From the NCBI RefSeq assembly GCF_036946585.1, contig NZ_JAQIIV010000013.1:27492-91491 (forward strand): DNA of 64,000 nucleotides, written 5' to 3'. Numbering within the stretch: the stretch's first letter is position 1; each line of letters opens with the position of its first letter. Shown in pieces: positions 60,794 to 64,000 of this stretch. The notes beneath the pieces were generated by a model. That model had not been told where the DNA came from, made no database searches, and saw only the letters and a list, made by a program, of their open reading frames with translations. The DNA comes from Pedobacter terrae (GTDB taxonomy: Bacteria; Bacteroidota; Bacteroidia; Sphingobacteriales; Sphingobacteriaceae). Both the position numbers and the translations under genes were made by a program.

Positions 60794-60899
60794 CGGCAAC
60801 AGGCTGGCAATCTATCATGCTAATGATCCTTGTTATAAAGATTGCCTCGTCGGCTGAAAAAGCCTTCTCGCAATGACGATCCCTCGGATGACACAACAA

Positions 60900-60931
60900 A
60901 AAAGCCGCAGATTTTTTTATCTACGGCTTTA
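60900..60931. terminator. Terminator-like hairpin downstream of porP/sprF
   Basis: AAAAGCCG.AGAT...ATCT.CGGCTTTT. Confidence 0.6.
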
Positions 60932-61032
60932 ACTTAAAGTCAATCTTAAAATTGTTTCAAATCTGTTATGCATTAAAATTCCCGCATGCGCGAGATCCGA
61001 CAGTAATCGGATGACGACTTTTTCTTTTAAAA

Positions 61033-61953
61033 TTACGGCTTCTTACCAATGTTCAGCCTGATGTTTACTTCAAAATCGCCATCGGTATAACCGCTGATGG
61101 CTGAAGTGGCGGTATTGTAATATGCCATAAAATATAAGGTCGATTTGTAATTCATGCCAAAACCAACCGTAGCATTTTGCGTATTGTGGTACATGGCCAT
61201 TACATACAGTTTATCATTAGCAAAATTGGCATTTAAACCGGCATCCCATAAATTTTTATAATTTTTGATGCCCCTAAACACCCCTTTAGGCTCCAGACTG
61301 ATGCCGTTTATACCCGAACCCAGCGTGAACTTATAGCCCACAGCTGAATAAAAGGTAGGTTTATTGGCATAGTTTAAATCATCGTTCCTAAAAACCGAAC
61401 GCATGTTGGGTACGGCACCTTCAACTGTTAATCCTTTTGAGGTATAAGAAATCCCGAAATCGCCATCCAGGTAATAACCCCTATCATTAAAACGGGCAAT
61501 GGATGGATCGTTAATATCACTGTTCCTTACACTGCTCATATCCAGTTTATCCTGACTGGCGCCAAAAGAGATACCGAAGTTTAGTTTCTGATCGTCGCTA
61601 TTTAACGGCAGGTGATAGGCAAAAGTTCCAACGGCTTTGGTGCGCTGGATGCCACCTGATTTTTCGTTGTAAATGTTTACACCCCAACCCACTTTGTTTA
61701 CCTGCTGATCTAAAGTGACGCTTTGGGTAATGGGTGCGCCTGGAATGTTTGACCATTGCTTGCGGAAACTGCCATTGATGTTAAACCCTTCGTTAAGACC
61801 GGCCATGGATGGGTTAACCAGGTAACGGTTTTGGAAATATTGTGCATTGAGTGGAAGGAGCTGTGCCTTTACGCTGCAAGCAAATAATGTACTGGCTGCA
61901 AATAGAAACGTTACCCGACGCATTTGCTTTATGTTTTTGGTAATTGCTTTCAT
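61033..61953 (-). CDS. PorP/SprF-family T9SS membrane protein
   Basis: QYFQNRYLVNPSMAG, FRKQWSNIPGAPITQS, AYHLPL, ISFG. Confidence 0.9.
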   Translation of the reverse strand: MKAITKNIKQMRRVTFLFAASTLFACSVKAQLLPLNAQYFQNRYLVNPSMAGLNEGFNINGSFRKQWSNIPGAPITQSVTLDQQVNKVGWGVNIYNEKSGGIQRTKAVGTFAYHLPLNSDDQKLNFGISFGASQDKLDMSSVRNSDINDPSIARFNDRGYYLDGDFGISYTSKGLTVEGAVPNMRSVFRNDDLNYANKPTFYSAVGYKFTLGSGINGISLEPKGVFRGIKNYKNLWDAGLNANFANDKLYVMAMYHNTQNATVGFGMNYKSTLYFMAYYNTATSAISGYTDGDFEVNIRLNIGKKP

Positions 61954-61961
61954 GTCTGTAA

Positions 61962-64000
61962 TTAGTCTCTAATGATGTTGATATAACCTTTAAATGTACC
62001 AATGCCCTTACCGAGATCGATAATGTAATAGTACGTGCCTTCGTTTAAAGGACTGCCGTTTATGGTTCCATCCCAATCGTTGGCGTAAGCTTGTTTGGTA
62101 TATAAAATCCGCCCGGCTTTATCAAATATTTTTAAGGTATTGTTTGGATAATAATCGATGTTTTTGACGATAAATTTATCGTTATATCCATCACCATTTG
62201 GGGTAATTACGGTACTGGCTTCGAGCTTATAATCTTCGGTTACGGTAATCGAAATGGTCTGCTCGCTTACACAACCACTGGCGTTGGTTACGGTTACTTT
62301 ATAAGTGCCGCTTTGTTTTGGCCTGATGGTTGCCGATGCGGTGTTTTGCCCATTGATGATTTCAGTGCCTGTCCAGCTGTACTGTCCACCGCCTGTGGCA
62401 GTTAACATAAGGACATCGCCTTTAGAAATGTTTAGCCCTTTGTTGCTGCTGATGGAAACTACCGGTAAAGCATTTACGGTTATAGTTGCCGTTCCGGTTT
62501 GTGGCTGGCCGCAATTTACATCTTTTACATTGACTAGATTATAAGCAAAAGTGCCCGCTACGTTACCCGGTGCAGAAACCGTTACTGAGGCGCTTGCTGC
62601 GGTAGTACTTACGGTTTGGTTAGCGCCACCGTTAATGTTGTAGGTAAAGGTATAAGGTGCCGTTCCGTTTGCGCCGGTAAAGGTGATGGTTTGCGGCCCT
62701 CCGTTTACACAAACTGCAGCTGTGCCTGTAACGGTAGCCGTAGCTGTTGAAATTACTGTTAGCTTGAAGGTTTTGGTAATTTTATCTACTCCTCCAAAAT
62801 CTGTTCCGCCGTTATCCATCACAGTAACCGTAATGTTGGCCACCCCGCTCACATTGTTTTTTAAGTGGTAAGTAATGGTGCCTTTATCGGTACCGTTTGC
62901 CGCTATGGTTAATACATCAAACAGGTTGGCATTATCTGAAGTAACTGCAAGCGTGGTGTTCTGTGCCGTTTCTGGTCCTGCAGAAATTCCACTTAAGGCA
63001 ATTGTTTGGTTCGCTGGACTGTAACAAACGGACTGGTTTTGCACTGCATTGATTGTTGGGGCGCCATTGCCAAATAAATACCTCGTCCTGATCGGGTAAT
63101 GATCAGTTGTGGTTGAGCTATAATTGGCTACCAGGTTTTTAACGTCATCCAAAACCTCGGCCGAGGCCGGAATGTAATTGAGGTTAAGGCTCTTCGTAAT
63201 GATTACGTTATCGATTACAGTATTAAATCCAGCTGTAGATTGCTTTCCGGCTAAACTTAAAGGCAAGGTAACCGGGAAATAATTGGCTGCATCCTGTGTA
63301 AAATCAGCATAGGATGTGCCGGTACCTGCAGGCATTGTCGCAATGGTTTTATCGGCATCCAATACGTCGTTAAAATCGCCCAGGATGATGATCTTTTTAC
63401 CCGCCAGGTTTTGGTCTAGCCAATCTTTTAACTGTTTGTTCCCCGCTTTTCGGCGGTTGTACGAATCAATCTGATCGGCTGTGGTGCCCGTGTTGGCCTT
63501 GGCATGAATCTCCACGAAATAAACCGTATCCAGCTTATTGTTGATTTTTACCTGGGCCTGCATCATATAAGGGAAACGGCCTGACGACCAGTTTTTGTAA
63601 GCACTACCATCGGCACTGGTTGACGGTACAGCAGGATTATAGGTGTCTCTTAAAATGTCCAGAGTAGATATGGGCTTAATCTGGTCGGTACGGTACATAA
63701 AAGCCAGTTTTTGTGCCAATGGATAATCGGCATCGGCTTTATTATCGGCGTAAGATCCAAATTCGCTGAACACCACATCATATCCTGCCGGTAAAACCGT
63801 ATTTCTGAACAAAGTGGTATCTACTACCTCTGCAAAGCCATAAATATCTGCATTGATATTGTTTACAATGGTTTTAACATTGGCGGCCTGCAAGGCATCG
63901 TTTGACGGATTTTGAGCCGGGCTACCAAACCATTCAATGTTCCAGTTAACCACTTCTAAAGTGTTGGCAATATCGAAAGTATTCCCGCTAAAGGCAACGG
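61962..64000 (-). CDS. T9SS type-B-sorted protein with EEP (endonuclease/exonuclease/phosphatase) domain; 5' end outside window
   Basis: VNWNIEWFG, GFAEV, EIHAKA, ILGDFND, TDHYPI; Ig-like repeats; type B CTD TPNGDGYNDKF...GTYYYII...GYINIIR; frame open to the window edge. Confidence 0.9.
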   Translation of the reverse strand, partial: VAFSGNTFDIANTLEVVNWNIEWFGSPAQNPSNDALQAANVKTIVNNINADIYGFAEVVDTTLFRNTVLPAGYDVVFSEFGSYADNKADADYPLAQKLAFMYRTDQIKPISTLDILRDTYNPAVPSTSADGSAYKNWSSGRFPYMMQAQVKINNKLDTVYFVEIHAKANTGTTADQIDSYNRRKAGNKQLKDWLDQNLAGKKIIILGDFNDVLDADKTIATMPAGTGTSYADFTQDAANYFPVTLPLSLAGKQSTAGFNTVIDNVIITKSLNLNYIPASAEVLDDVKNLVANYSSTTTDHYPIRTRYLFGNGAPTINAVQNQSVCYSPANQTIALSGISAGPETAQNTTLAVTSDNANLFDVLTIAANGTDKGTITYHLKNNVSGVANITVTVMDNGGTDFGGVDKITKTFKLTVISTATATVTGTAAVCVNGGPQTITFTGANGTAPYTFTYNINGGANQTVSTTAASASVTVSAPGNVAGTFAYNLVNVKDVNCGQPQTGTATITVNALPVVSISSNKGLNISKGDVLMLTATGGGQYSWTGTEIINGQNTASATIRPKQSGTYKVTVTNASGCVSEQTISITVTEDYKLEASTVITPNGDGYNDKFIVKNIDYYPNNTLKIFDKAGRILYTKQAYANDWDGTINGSPLNEGTYYYIIDLGKGIGTFKGYINIIRD

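Larger units (their letters stand above)
59302..60875. repeat. CGTC-type REP doublet split by the IS4 element
   Basis: Joined flanks closely match the reverse complement of the intact doublet at 43603-43718. Confidence 0.85.

Noticed and set aside
60700-60857. Transposase extending past the right IR to 60857
   Set aside because: One missing A at 60710-60713 explains it; the corrected frame gives a typical IS4 C-terminus stopping at 60775.

Overview
Bacteroidota DNA, Pedobacter/Sphingobacteriaceae-like (SusC/SusD, T9SS genes, TTTG-N20-TAnnTTTG promoters). No rRNA, tRNA, CRISPR array, integrase or reverse transcriptase was seen. 1-14.6 kb: LacI-associated utilisation locus with an unusual gene set (myo-inositol oxygenase, SusC/SusD, purple acid phosphatase, HGSNAT-like acetyltransferase, GH89, separate GH28), suggesting glucosaminyl-inositol-phosphate substrates. 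16-22 kb: RND efflux operon. 22-42 kb: housekeeping and stress genes (AKRs, LigD, two DUF3606, PAS kinase, SSADH, CDF, GalM, Vsr). 42.3-59.3 kb is the most unusual part. Two arrays, five copies each, of a ~250-350 nt highly base-paired element interleaved with CGTC-type REPs bracket a ~12 kb defence island. One copy has a different core sequence but the same predicted fold. The island holds an orphan helical protein with a 21-bp x18 array, a Type I R-M operon with an inserted HNH-ParB(DGQH) gene and an HsdS with a Panacea/SocA-like tail, a Cas2/VapD-like + PIN pair, and an XRE switch with a structured leader. An IS4-family element (16-bp IRs, 9-bp TSD) sits inside a REP. The window ends in a T9SS type-B-sorted EEP protein and its PorP/SprF partner. 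Three single-base frameshifts (susC, SSADH, IS4 transposase) lie in short homopolymers and may be sequencing errors. All family assignments come from motif recognition by eye, not database searches.
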